Below, one piece after another: positions 36,718 through 46,686 of a stretch of DNA of 46,809 bases. The notes below the pieces were generated by a model. It was not told the DNA's origin, did no database searches, and saw only the letters and a program-made list of their open reading frames with translations. Positions within the stretch are counted from its first letter, which is position 1. Every line of letters starts with the position of its first letter. The DNA is taken from NCBI GenBank assembly GCA_030673265.1, contig DAOVJK010000001.1, forward strand, positions 1 through 46,809. The letters are read 5' to 3'. The translations under genes were made by a program, and so were the position numbers. The stretch comes from Pseudomonadota bacterium (lineage in GTDB: Bacteria > Desulfobacterota > Desulfobulbia > Desulfobulbales > JAGXFP01).

Positions 36718-37746
36718 TTGCATAAAACGATTCCGATTGATGAGGCAGTGGGCATGGTCTTGCCCCATGATATTACAGAAATCAACAAGGTTGATGGTTT
36801 CAAGGGCCGGGCTTTCAGGAAGGGCCATATCATCCAGGCTGAAGATATCCCCCGCCTGAAGAATCTGGGCAAAGAGAATATCTATGTCCTGGAACTCAGT
36901 CCGGGCGATATTCATGAGAACGAAGCGGCTGATTTGCTGGCCGCTGCTCTGGCCGGTCCCGGCACCTCGATCAGCGGTGAACCCGTTGAGGGCAAGCTGA
37001 ATATAGTCGCGGCGACAACGGGCTTACTTAAGGTAGACACTGACGCTCTGTATCAATTCAACCTGCTGGGCGAGGTGATGTGCGCCACCCTCCACAACAA
37101 CACCATGGTCGAAAAGGGCTTACAGGTCGGCGCTACCAGGCTTATTCCTTTGGTCGGCAAGAGAACGATGGTCAATAAAGCCTGTAAAATTGCCAGCTCC
37201 ACCGATGGGGTTATCTCGGTCCGTAAGTTGCCCAGCCTCAAAGCCGGCCTGGTCATTACCGGCAACGAGGTTTTTCATGGCCGGATCAAGGACGCCTTCG
37301 AACCGGTCCTCCGTGAGAAATTAACCGCCCTTGGTTCAGAGGTAATTGAGGTTCGTTTTGCCCCTGACGATATCCCGACAATTGCTGATCAGATTAAAGG
37401 TTGTCTGGATTCTGGTGCTGAAATCATCATTACCAGCGGCGGCATGTCGGTCGATCCCGATGATGTCACCCGCCAGGGCATAAAAAAGGCCGGCGCCACC
37501 GACATTGTCTACGGAACTCCGGTGTTACCAGGGGCCATGTTCCTGGTCGGCAAGATCGGCAAGATCCCGGTATTGGGCCTTCCGGCCTGCGGAATGTTTC
37601 ATCGGACCACCGTCTTCGACCTGATTCTGCCCAGGGTAATGCTTGGCGAAAAAATTGACCGTGAAGAACTGGCCAGGATGGACCACGGCGGGCTGTGCCG
37701 ACAATGTAAAATATGCAAATATCCGATCTGTGATTTCGGACGCTAA
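36718..37746 (+). CDS. molybdopterin-binding protein (MoeA-like N-terminal region plus MoCF-biosynthesis domain)
   Basis: TTG start with AGGAGA 8 nt upstream. The MoCF domain pattern is VITGNEV...IIITSGGMSVDPDDVT. Confidence 0.7.
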   Translation: MHKTIPIDEAVGMVLPHDITEINKVDGFKGRAFRKGHIIQAEDIPRLKNLGKENIYVLELSPGDIHENEAADLLAAALAGPGTSISGEPVEGKLNIVAATTGLLKVDTDALYQFNLLGEVMCATLHNNTMVEKGLQVGATRLIPLVGKRTMVNKACKIASSTDGVISVRKLPSLKAGLVITGNEVFHGRIKDAFEPVLREKLTALGSEVIEVRFAPDDIPTIADQIKGCLDSGAEIIITSGGMSVDPDDVTRQGIKKAGATDIVYGTPVLPGAMFLVGKIGKIPVLGLPACGMFHRTTVFDLILPRVMLGEKIDREELARMDHGGLCRQCKICKYPICDFGR

Positions 37747-37837
37747 ATGACCAGAGATCTTAATGTGACCCCATCTTCGCGATAAAGTTCAACCGGATGG
37801 ATTTCTAAAGATGGCTGGCCAAGGATCAGCCACCGGT

Positions 37838-39733
37838 CTACACCTCATCTTTGTCTTTACCGGTCGGTAAGATAATCGTGAAAGTTGTGCCATCACCGGC
37901 TTTGCTGGTAACTGTTATGGTTCCGCCGTGACGCCGGATGATTCCGTAGCTGACCGACAACCCCAAACCGGTTCCCATCGCCACCGGCTTGGTGGTGAAG
38001 AACGGGTCAAAGACCCGTGGCAGGTCATTCTGCTTAATGCCCTGGCCGTTGTCGCCAAAGCTTAAGACAACACTATCTTCTCCTGCCTTGGTCTTGATGG
38101 AGATTACCCCTCCCTTCTTGCAGGCATCGATGCTGTTGTTGATCAGGTTCATGAAGACTTGTTTGATTTGATCAGAGACGACCATAACCGGCGGCAGCAT
38201 GGGATCGTATTCTCTTTCAACTTCTATATTATTACGCGCCAGGTTTTGGCGGGTGAATATGACGATGTCGTCGATGACCAAGTGCAGATTGGTGAGGGTC
38301 TTTTCGCCAGAGGATGGGCGGTTGAAATCCTTCAGGTTCTGCATCAGGTCATTCATCCGGGCGCATTCGTCGAGGGCCATGCTGACCATTCGAGCGTTGC
38401 CGGCCGGGAGAGCCTCCTGCTGAGCAACAGAGGTCAGGACCGCCTTGATCCCGCAGAGCGGATTGCCGAATTCGTGGGCGATGGAAGCTGCCATGCTGCC
38501 GGAGGTGGCAAGCTTTTCGGCATGGAGCAGTTGGGCATGGGTCTTTTCAAGGGCCAGGGTTCGTTCTCTTATCCGCTCTTCCAACTGGTCCTGGATTTCA
38601 CGCAACTCTTCCTCGGTCTCTTTTCTCGCTCTGATCTCGGCCTCAAGGCCGTCACTATAGGCAGAGAGCTCGGTGGTAAAGATGGAAAAGGAATCTTGCA
38701 GCAGCTTGATCTCGTTGGCTGATTGCTCTTCGGCTTGTGCCGTCCCGTCTTTTTCGCGGCTATACCGTCTGCCCAGTTCGATGATTTGGGCGGTTATCCC
38801 GGCCAGCGGTGAAATGGTGATTCTGATCAGGATAAAACTGGCCAGGATGAACAGAATGATTCCGAGCATTGCGACCCGCAGATTATAGGTTTTGAGCTGA
38901 TCTGCAAGAAAATAGATCTTTTGGTGGGGTTGAAAATAAACAAGAGTCATACCCAGACCGTTATAGCTGAACTTTCGATAGAGGAAGGTGTCGCGGTCGC
39001 TTTCCATTTCCAGCCAGCCATTAACCATGGTGCTTTTTTTGATTCTTTCGATGATTTTTTTCACAGATCCGGAAAAATCCTGTCTGGTATCGTCGGCCTG
39101 GAGGATTACTTCGCCGCTTTCCGAATTGATCAGCATGATCTTGCCCATGGCCGGGAGAGAATCCTCCAGGATATCCTGGACCGGCTGGGAATAAATCCTG
39201 AGCCAGAGAACCCCGGCAACCCCGCCGGTTTGCCGGTTTTTGAGCGGCACCGACAGATCCAGGAATGGCAAGGCAAAGTCGGGATCATTCTTCGAGTAGG
39301 CAAAGTATGGCTCCATCTGCAGCAGCGGCTTCTGATAGAGAGGCTCGTAAAATAGACTTTGGCGGGGAGGATTCGATTCACGCAGATCCTGGTACTTACT
39401 GGCCCGCAGCCATTCTCTGCCATTGGTGGTAATCGCCGAGATCTCGGTAAAGGCAGCGTCATGGTAGAGAAAATTATTAAGATTTTGCCTGGTCTGCTCC
39501 GGTCTGGTCTGGTCAATAAACTTGCTCCTGGCCATTAGGCGCAGTTCGGTCTCGCTTTCCGTAAGGAAATGCAGGAAATCCTTTTCAGTTTGCCGCAGTT
39601 CCTTGCCGGCCTCCTGGCGGTAAAGTTCGGTCAGGTGATTGGAAAAAAGGCTGGTCGAAAGGTAATGATAGGCAACGGCAATCCCCAAAAAAGGCAGCAG
39701 TGAAGCCATGAAAACTTTAGAGGCCAGCTTCAT
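37838..39733 (-). CDS. sensor histidine kinase with a large periplasmic (Cache-like) domain
   Basis: Two TMs flank a roughly 270-aa extracytoplasmic segment, followed by a coiled coil. H-box ASIAHEFGNPL, N-box LINNSIDA, and G-boxes DNGQGI and GTGLGLS. Its start overlaps the upstream stop (ATGA). Confidence 0.85.
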   Translation of the reverse strand: MKLASKVFMASLLPFLGIAVAYHYLSTSLFSNHLTELYRQEAGKELRQTEKDFLHFLTESETELRLMARSKFIDQTRPEQTRQNLNNFLYHDAAFTEISAITTNGREWLRASKYQDLRESNPPRQSLFYEPLYQKPLLQMEPYFAYSKNDPDFALPFLDLSVPLKNRQTGGVAGVLWLRIYSQPVQDILEDSLPAMGKIMLINSESGEVILQADDTRQDFSGSVKKIIERIKKSTMVNGWLEMESDRDTFLYRKFSYNGLGMTLVYFQPHQKIYFLADQLKTYNLRVAMLGIILFILASFILIRITISPLAGITAQIIELGRRYSREKDGTAQAEEQSANEIKLLQDSFSIFTTELSAYSDGLEAEIRARKETEEELREIQDQLEERIRERTLALEKTHAQLLHAEKLATSGSMAASIAHEFGNPLCGIKAVLTSVAQQEALPAGNARMVSMALDECARMNDLMQNLKDFNRPSSGEKTLTNLHLVIDDIVIFTRQNLARNNIEVEREYDPMLPPVMVVSDQIKQVFMNLINNSIDACKKGGVISIKTKAGEDSVVLSFGDNGQGIKQNDLPRVFDPFFTTKPVAMGTGLGLSVSYGIIRRHGGTITVTSKAGDGTTFTIILPTGKDKDEV

Positions 39734-41598
39734 TGCTGATGCTCCCGGACGATCTCGGCCTGATTGATTATCTGGGCGGGGATTTTAAGATTGAGATCGG
39801 TTGCGGTTTGCAGGTTGATCATATATTTTTCGACATAGAGGAAGACCGGCAATTTCCCCGGAGGCCGGCCCTGCAGGAGCTTGGTGACGTACTCAACCAG
39901 CTTCGGGGTTACAATCTCCTGGTCGATAACCGGGCCGCCCAGCAGACCGGCTTCGATATGCCGGGAAATCTGGCCGATGACCGGTAGCTGCAGCTGCTGC
40001 TGCCAGAAGACGATTTCGCTAATGTCCTCTTTGGTGATCGCCGGGGGGGAGAGCAGGATAAAATCATTACGTTGCTTCATTTCGGTCATAAGCGGGCCGA
40101 TCTCGGCGGTGTTCGAAAACAACTGGAATTCAGCGGTCAACCCCACTTGGGAAGCAAGCCTGGCATTGCGTTTTAAACGTTCTTTCAAGTTGGATTCAGC
40201 CCGGGCGAGGAGACCCAGATGTCTGGCTCCGGGGATCATTTTCTGTGATTTCCTGATTATTGAACCGGCGGAGGATCTGATCACCCCGGTAAAAAGATTG
40301 CTGATCTCCTCGGGTATAATGGCGGCGGACTCTTTGGTGGAAATGAAGCAGACCGGTGTTTTCAGGTGCGGCAAACTGGTCAGCATGGGAAGCACGTTGC
40401 CACTGGCAAAGAAAAGGTTGGCTTCATTGGCGAGTTGGCTGCTGATCTTTTTCTGCCGATCCTCGCTGAGATCACCACTCAGGTCTATCTCGAGGAGGCG
40501 CAGGTTTCGGCCTTTGATATAACCCTTTGCTGCCAAGGCATCGAGCAGAGGTTTCAGAACTGGTTCGGGGGTGCTTTTTGCGACACCTATGACAAAGTCA
40601 CCGGCCACCGGGGACCTGTTATTCCAGACCTTCTTTACGCGGTCGCTGGCGATACCGACAATTTCCGCCTGGTCGACAGTCTCTTGCGGGATGACGCCCC
40701 CCAACCGAGCGACCGTGCCGAGGTTAACGACAAATTTGTCCTGCAGATGCCTGATCGGTAACCGCCCGGCCGGGCGCCCCCGGAGAATTTTGGCCGCGTA
40801 ATCGGCCAGGTCGGGGATCAGGGTCACGTAATCAACGGTCGGTCCCCCCAGAATCCCCTTTTCGATATGGTCTTTCAGAGAACTGATAACCGGCATTTTC
40901 AGGCGGTTCTGGATCGTGATCAGAGCGGCCAGTTCTGCCTCGTTACGAAGTGAGGGGGGTAGGATTAATACTGCACCAGCCCCTTCCGCCTTGAATTCAT
41001 GCATGGCCCGCTCAAGATCATCACGGCTGGTAAAGGTTTTAACGAGCAGTTCGATACCGATCTTCTCGCAGACTTTCCGGTAGATCTGGGCCTTTTTCTG
41101 CAGAGAGGAACCGGCAAAGAAAATCATACCCAGTTTGTGGTGCTGCTTGGGTGGCAGCATTTGGGTCGCCCCGGTGAATATTGAGGAGAGATAACCCCGG
41201 TAAAAGCCGGTGGTGGTTTCTTTCATCTCCGGCGGAATCATCGCGCTCTTGTTGTTGAAGCTGACGAAAAGCAAGGGGGTCCTAATCCTGGCCGCCAGCA
41301 GGGTCGGCAGTTGGGAGCCGGTGGTGAAGAAAAGATCGCAGCGGCTGGCGATCTGCCGGCGGATCATCTCTTGGTTTCCTCTGGTTTTGGAGAGATCGAT
41401 CTGAACTATCTGCAGGTTTTCGCCGGCCACCAGTTCTTTTTTCTTCAGGGCAGCAATAAATTTCTGATAGGTGGGAGAAGTCTCCCCGGCTGGTATTCCC
41501 AGCCGATAGATTTCTGCCCGCAGGGTCGTTGCTGAGCCTGCCAACAGGCCGGTTATTACCAGCAGAAACACAAATAAATTGATCGTTCGCAAAACCAT
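39730..41598 (-). CDS. periplasmic protein with two tandem ABC-type substrate-binding (ABC_sub_bind-like) domains
   Basis: 622-aa ORF with a signal peptide. The two halves are visibly homologous. Compare LFFTTGSQLPTLLAARIRTPLLFVSF...GGPTVDY...ILRGRPAGRLPI with LFFASGNVLPMLTSLPHLKTPVCFIST...GGPVIDQ...LLQGRPPGKLPV. Confidence 0.7.
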   Translation of the reverse strand: MVLRTINLFVFLLVITGLLAGSATTLRAEIYRLGIPAGETSPTYQKFIAALKKKELVAGENLQIVQIDLSKTRGNQEMIRRQIASRCDLFFTTGSQLPTLLAARIRTPLLFVSFNNKSAMIPPEMKETTTGFYRGYLSSIFTGATQMLPPKQHHKLGMIFFAGSSLQKKAQIYRKVCEKIGIELLVKTFTSRDDLERAMHEFKAEGAGAVLILPPSLRNEAELAALITIQNRLKMPVISSLKDHIEKGILGGPTVDYVTLIPDLADYAAKILRGRPAGRLPIRHLQDKFVVNLGTVARLGGVIPQETVDQAEIVGIASDRVKKVWNNRSPVAGDFVIGVAKSTPEPVLKPLLDALAAKGYIKGRNLRLLEIDLSGDLSEDRQKKISSQLANEANLFFASGNVLPMLTSLPHLKTPVCFISTKESAAIIPEEISNLFTGVIRSSAGSIIRKSQKMIPGARHLGLLARAESNLKERLKRNARLASQVGLTAEFQLFSNTAEIGPLMTEMKQRNDFILLSPPAITKEDISEIVFWQQQLQLPVIGQISRHIEAGLLGGPVIDQEIVTPKLVEYVTKLLQGRPPGKLPVFLYVEKYMINLQTATDLNLKIPAQIINQAEIVREHQQ

Positions 41599-41845
41599 AC
41601 TCCCTAAAGTATCTCAGGTTAAGTGGCAAGAGCAGCCTTGAAGAGTTTTACCGCTTATCCGGCACAATAGCAGCATCAGGTCAGGCTGCTGACCGTTGTT
41701 TCTGAATATCTCCAGGAATATCTTGATGAATTTTGTTGTCGAATTAACCGCAGATTCTGGGAGCAGGAGTTGCCTTTAAGGTAAAATACATAATTTATGC
41801 ACGTGCCTTTAAAACAGTAGCTGAGTTTCTCTTAGAGCCATTAAC

Positions 41846-42931
41846 TTAATTATCCTGTCCCCTGACCAATAGCCATGAACGGACAGCAACGCGCCCGCTC
41901 TCTTTTTCCTGGGCTCTGATCATTACCCGGTTGAGTTTTCTCGACAATTTCCTGCCGCCCGGCGCGGTAAGCATGTTGCCTTCAAGTCGGGGAGCCAGCC
42001 AACCAAGTTCACTTACATAGATCTTGAAGCTGGACCTTATATAACGCTCGGGATTGAGGATGCGAGCGCCAAAAAGAGCTTGGGCTTCTTCAACATCTCC
42101 ATATGCTGGTGTAAGATCAGTTATCGGTAGATCAACCCTCTGGAGAATTTCCTTGAAGTGTTTTATTGACGCCCACTCCTGCCCAAGAATAGGCTCCCGG
42201 GATATCATATAAGGTTTGGTTGCCATGCTGATTGAACCGGGGTCCTGGGGCAGAACCGCCTCATAACCAAGCTGCCGGGCCTCATCCATCAGCAACTGAT
42301 TGTATTCCCCGTAGGGAATCGCAAAAAACTTGGGCTTGGTTCCCAGTTTCTTGTGAATTATTGTGGAATTTTTGACAAGATCATCACGGATCCAGCGGCG
42401 GTACTCAATATCGTTAAAGCCTTTAGGCCGGTCGGCCATCCGGCCATGGGCGTAGCTATGGTCCTGGAAATCCACCCCACTTTTTTGCATCTCCCGAACC
42501 TCATCCCAACTCATATAGTTTGAGAAACCGCCATCAATGCTCTTCGCATTAATAAAAACCGTAAAGGGATATCCGAATGATTTAAGAATCGGCCAACCAT
42601 TGCGGTAAACACTTTTGTAACCGTCATCAATGGTGATAACTACAGCTTTGGCCGGCAAAGTCTGGCGCTTATTCAAGGCATCAACAAGCTCAGCCAGGGA
42701 AACGACCTGGTAATTATTGGCCGCCAGATATTCCATCTGTTTGCGGAACTGTTTAATACTGACGTTGGTGGTTGGATATTTACTTACCCCGAAGTGGTGA
42801 TAGATAAGAACTGTTGCCTCAAGGGAGGGAGCGGGTTGGGCATAAGATAGTGGTTGAAACAGCCAGAAACAGGCGATAAGCAAGAACAAAATAATCCGGG
42901 GAACCTCCTGGGCGGCTTTAATGGCAAGCAT
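41846..42931 (-). CDS. polysaccharide deacetylase (NodB homology, PgaB-like N-terminal domain)
   Basis: Signal peptide, NodB motifs ITIDDGY and HSYAHG, plus a C-terminal extension. Confidence 0.8.
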   Translation of the reverse strand: MLAIKAAQEVPRIILFLLIACFWLFQPLSYAQPAPSLEATVLIYHHFGVSKYPTTNVSIKQFRKQMEYLAANNYQVVSLAELVDALNKRQTLPAKAVVITIDDGYKSVYRNGWPILKSFGYPFTVFINAKSIDGGFSNYMSWDEVREMQKSGVDFQDHSYAHGRMADRPKGFNDIEYRRWIRDDLVKNSTIIHKKLGTKPKFFAIPYGEYNQLLMDEARQLGYEAVLPQDPGSISMATKPYMISREPILGQEWASIKHFKEILQRVDLPITDLTPAYGDVEEAQALFGARILNPERYIRSSFKIYVSELGWLAPRLEGNMLTAPGGRKLSRKLNRVMIRAQEKESGRVAVRSWLLVRGQDN

Positions 42932-42935
42932 CGGG

Positions 42936-44066
42936 TTAAACGGCCTTTATTCCTTCTCGCATGGTAAATTTAAGAACTTTTATATCCTTGTACTGGATTG
43001 GTTTATCCACCAGGAAACATTTGTCGTATTGTCTGAGATTGTTGTATTGAATAAAATTTTTGACCTCCCATACATAAATATCGCGGCGCTCTGAATAATT
43101 CAGCAGACCGTCAGCCAGTTTAAGAGGGTTCATGGTGTGCTTCCTGATCTCACGGAAACGGCGGTAGGCCGGCAATCTATTCAGGGTCAAAATATATGCC
43201 CTGATCGAGTCGAGAATAGAATCGTACATTGCCACCTTATGGCCCTTGCCATCATCACGATCCCTGGGCACAAGACCTTTGCCGGACCAGGTCCAGATGC
43301 CAAACAGATTATTACCCTCATTTGCAAACCGGGAAGTTGCCCATGAAGACTCTATTGCACCCTGGGCCATAATCATGCTTAGCGGGACCAGATCAATACG
43401 TTTAACCATTTCAGTGGCCAAATTTGTTCTGTATTTTCGGGTCAGCATCATGACAAACTCGATTTCATCCATGGTCAGGACTCTTCCCCAGGCGCCATAA
43501 TCATCAGAAAAAGTTAACTGCGGATTTCCTTTAGGGAGCTTGGCTAAAATAGCCCGTAACAACCTTCTTTCCTCTCTGATCTCGTTTAGAGCGGTGAGGG
43601 CAACCGGTAATAATCCATGGAAAAAAACTCGTTTCTTGACACTGGTGGCAAAGGCCTCAATGTTAGCGGGATAGGAAGCGAATAAAAGAGGCGACACCGC
43701 GCCCACTTTATCAATTTCCCACAGATCATTCTCTTTGAGAAGGCCAATCATCTCCTCACCAGTGGAAACCATGAGCAGGTCGGAGCTATCTGCGTAAATA
43801 TCGTCGGGAATTCGGGTATTATTCTTAAAGATAAGCAGAGTACTGATCACACCGATTATGACGGTGAGCATCACGGCTGTTAATGCCTGAACCGTGAGAC
43901 GGTCCACCTCAAGGTTGCCGAAAAACATGATTTGAGCGCCTTCAAGACCAGTAATATTGTTTTTGTTTTTGGTCATGGCATAAGTCTGACAACTATTTTT
44001 ATGGTCAGGGGTTTCACTCATATCTGGTGGTTGGAAGCTTGATAAGCAGGAGTTTGAGTGCATCAT
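42936..44066 (-). CDS. Bax-like protein with a glucosaminidase (FlgJ-type muramidase) domain
   Basis: One TM, then MAQGAIESSWATSRFANEGNNLFGIW, which is typical of the mannosyl-glycoprotein endo-beta-N-acetylglucosaminidase domain. The start is uncertain, with alternative ATGs at 44021 and 43976. Confidence 0.7.
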   Translation of the reverse strand: MMHSNSCLSSFQPPDMSETPDHKNSCQTYAMTKNKNNITGLEGAQIMFFGNLEVDRLTVQALTAVMLTVIIGVISTLLIFKNNTRIPDDIYADSSDLLMVSTGEEMIGLLKENDLWEIDKVGAVSPLLFASYPANIEAFATSVKKRVFFHGLLPVALTALNEIREERRLLRAILAKLPKGNPQLTFSDDYGAWGRVLTMDEIEFVMMLTRKYRTNLATEMVKRIDLVPLSMIMAQGAIESSWATSRFANEGNNLFGIWTWSGKGLVPRDRDDGKGHKVAMYDSILDSIRAYILTLNRLPAYRRFREIRKHTMNPLKLADGLLNYSERRDIYVWEVKNFIQYNNLRQYDKCFLVDKPIQYKDIKVLKFTMREGIKAV

Positions 44067-44294
44067 GCGAAGAAGTGAATTTATTTGACCGCCAATACAA
44101 CTAACTGGATAAATTATTGGTTCGCAAATCTATTTAGTTAAACGAAATCAGGTTTCGCTTTGCATGACCTTAAAAAAAAATTGAGTATTTTTACTTAATT
44201 TTCATGTGATAATCAGCTATCATATCATACTTTCATAAAATTATAAACTAATGCATTTTTCAATAATTGCCAGGAATGCCCAAGGAGAATTAAC

Positions 44295-44909
44295 ATGTCA
44301 CTTAAAAACTTTTTTGCGATCCTTTTTGTCCTGCTGCTTTTTCCTTTAACTGCCAGTGCTGAACCAGAGACTGACGCCCCCAGATCTCCCCTGATTATAA
44401 TGGAAACCTCCATGGGCACCATCAAAATTGAATTATTCGACAAAGAGGCCCCTTTGTCCGTTGAAAATTTCCGTAATTACGTCAGACAAGGCTTCTATAA
44501 TGGTCTGATTTTTCATCGCATCATTCCTAAATTCATGATCCAGGGCGGCGGTTTTGAGCCAGGGATGAAACGACGCACTCCTACCCAGCCACCGGTAGCT
44601 AATGAGGCTACCAACGGTTTGAAAAACAAACGCGGCACCCTTTCCATGGCCAGAACCGGCAGGATTCATAGCGCCACCAGCCAGTTCTTCCTCAATGTCG
44701 TCGACAACATCAGTCTCGACAATCGCGGCACCCTGCCCCACCAATTCGGTTACGCGGTGTTTGCCAAGGTTGTGGAAGGCATGGAAGTAGCTGACAGAAT
44801 CGTCGCCAGTCCCGCTACCACGGTTTCTTCCGGAGCAGGGCAATTCAAAAATGTACCCAAGCAAGATGTGGTGATAATCAAAGTGTACGAAGAGGACGTA
44901 AACGAATAA
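44295..44909 (+). CDS. ppiA: periplasmic peptidyl-prolyl cis-trans isomerase, cyclophilin type
   Basis: Signal peptide ending in TASA-EPE and the cyclophilin signature FHRIIPKFMIQGGGF. A GGAGA RBS is present. Confidence 0.9.
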   Translation: MSLKNFFAILFVLLLFPLTASAEPETDAPRSPLIIMETSMGTIKIELFDKEAPLSVENFRNYVRQGFYNGLIFHRIIPKFMIQGGGFEPGMKRRTPTQPPVANEATNGLKNKRGTLSMARTGRIHSATSQFFLNVVDNISLDNRGTLPHQFGYAVFAKVVEGMEVADRIVASPATTVSSGAGQFKNVPKQDVVIIKVYEEDVNE

Positions 44910-45011
44910 TCTTAAGAAGTTACTTACCTTGACATGTTATATCGTTCACTATTTGCAAATATCGCTAAACATCAAGGCAACGACCGAAAAAAGTACTCAA
45001 CATCAAAAAAA

Positions 45012-45041
45012 AGCCCGCCTGAGTATTCAGGCGGGCTTTTT
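45012..45041. terminator. bidirectional rho-independent terminator between ppiA and the topoisomerase gene
   Basis: Perfect 11-bp stem agcccgcctga / tcaggcgggct with a 4-nt loop. It is flanked by an A-run upstream and a T-run downstream. Confidence 0.75.
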
Positions 45042-45077
45042 GAATTTTTTATCCTAGATTATTCTAACAAGATATTT

Positions 45078-46686
45078 TTACTTTTCCCCATCAAATAATC
45101 CTGGCGGGTTATCTTCCACCTTTTCTTTCGGAGTGGTCTCTGCAACACGTCTAACAACTCGCGAAGAAACTCGCTTCCCTTTGGCAGCGGCCCCTTTAAT
45201 CAGGCATTCATCCAGATTTAAGTCCTCAAAATTTCGTTTTGCCCTCTTATTGGGAGCGAAATGGGCTCGGATCCAAACTCCTTCGCCAGTCTTGAGAAAG
45301 AGGATTTTCGAACGCTTGTGGGCGGCAAACAGCCGGTATTCCTTTTCAAGAATAAATTTGGGCATCCTAAATCTCTTGACATAGGAGATATTATCCACGC
45401 CATCACGATAAATAATATTGAAAAGTAATTTACTGTTGATCTTACCGACCCAGACCAGATCATACCCAACAAATATTTTGTCCGAGACATTAATCACCCG
45501 ATAGAGGCCCTCACGACTGATCATCAGGATCTTATCATATTCAGAGCATGAAAAGGACGCCTGCTCATCCGCCTTTACCTGATGACCAAGAAAACCGCTG
45601 TCAGGATCATAACCGACAGTCAGGTTAGACAAGGCAACCTCGCGGACCTCTACTTCACTGAAGGTCTTGATTTCAGTGCGGCGCGGATATTGTTCGCCAT
45701 ATTTAGCAAGCAGTTTATCTATATATTCGATCGCAAAACCAACCATATCCTTAAGGCTGGTCTCAATCTCTTTAATCCTGCGCCTGATATCTTTGATATC
45801 TTTTTTCTTCTTGTTAAGGTCATACCTGGAGATTCGTTTGATCCTGATCTCCAACAGTCGTTCGATATCTTCCCTGGTCACATCCCGGACCAGTTTTTTA
45901 CGGAATGGCAGAAGAGATTGGTCAATGGTTTCAATTACGGCTTCAAAGGACTTGCACTCCTCAATATCTTTATAAAGCCTTTCCTCAATAAATATCTGCT
46001 CAAGCAGATGGGCATGGAGCTTTTCCTTATTGCGCTCAAGATCAATCTGCAGCTCTTTCTCAAGGTCATCTTTTAATTTGACGGGGTTGTAGGCCAGGAC
46101 CTCATTGACCCCGATGATAACCGGTCGTTTGTCCTTGATGATGGTTAAGTTGGGGCTGATCGAAACTTCACAGTCAGTGAAGGCGTAAAGGGCGCGGATG
46201 GTCTCAGCTGCATAGATACCGCGGGCCAACTTGATTTCAACCTCGACATTCTCGGCGGTATAATCGTTGATTGACATGATCTTGATCTTGCCGGCCCGGG
46301 AGGCTTTCTCAACGCTCTCGATCAGAGACTCGGTCGTCGTCGAGTGGGGTATCTCCCGGATGGTGATGGTCTTTTCGTCCTTCTCTTCGATCCGGGCCCG
46401 GCACTTAATCTTGCCATTGCCCTGATTATAACCACTTACATCGACCAGCCCTCCCTTGGGAAAGTCCGGATATATCTCAATATCTTCGTCCAACAGGATC
46501 TGCTTCTGGGCCGCAAGTAATTCCTGGAAATTATGGGGCATGATCTTGGTGGCCATCCCGACGGCAATACCTTCGGCCCCAAGCAGCAACAGCATCGGCA
46601 GCTTAGCTGGCAGGGTAATCGGTTCTAACATCCGGCCATCATATGAATCGGTGAAATCAGTCAGGTCCCGGGCGACCATGTTCAAT
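45078..46686 (-). CDS. parC: type IIA topoisomerase subunit A (ParC-like), 5'-truncated
   Basis: [29 protein letters not shown] matches the conserved GyrA/ParC core, with long coiled and beta-pinwheel-like C-terminal parts. Upstream of about 46686 the ORF-track translation ([12 protein letters not shown]...) is only the reverse-complement copy read out of frame, so the real N-terminus, including the catalytic Tyr region, is missing. Confidence 0.8.
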
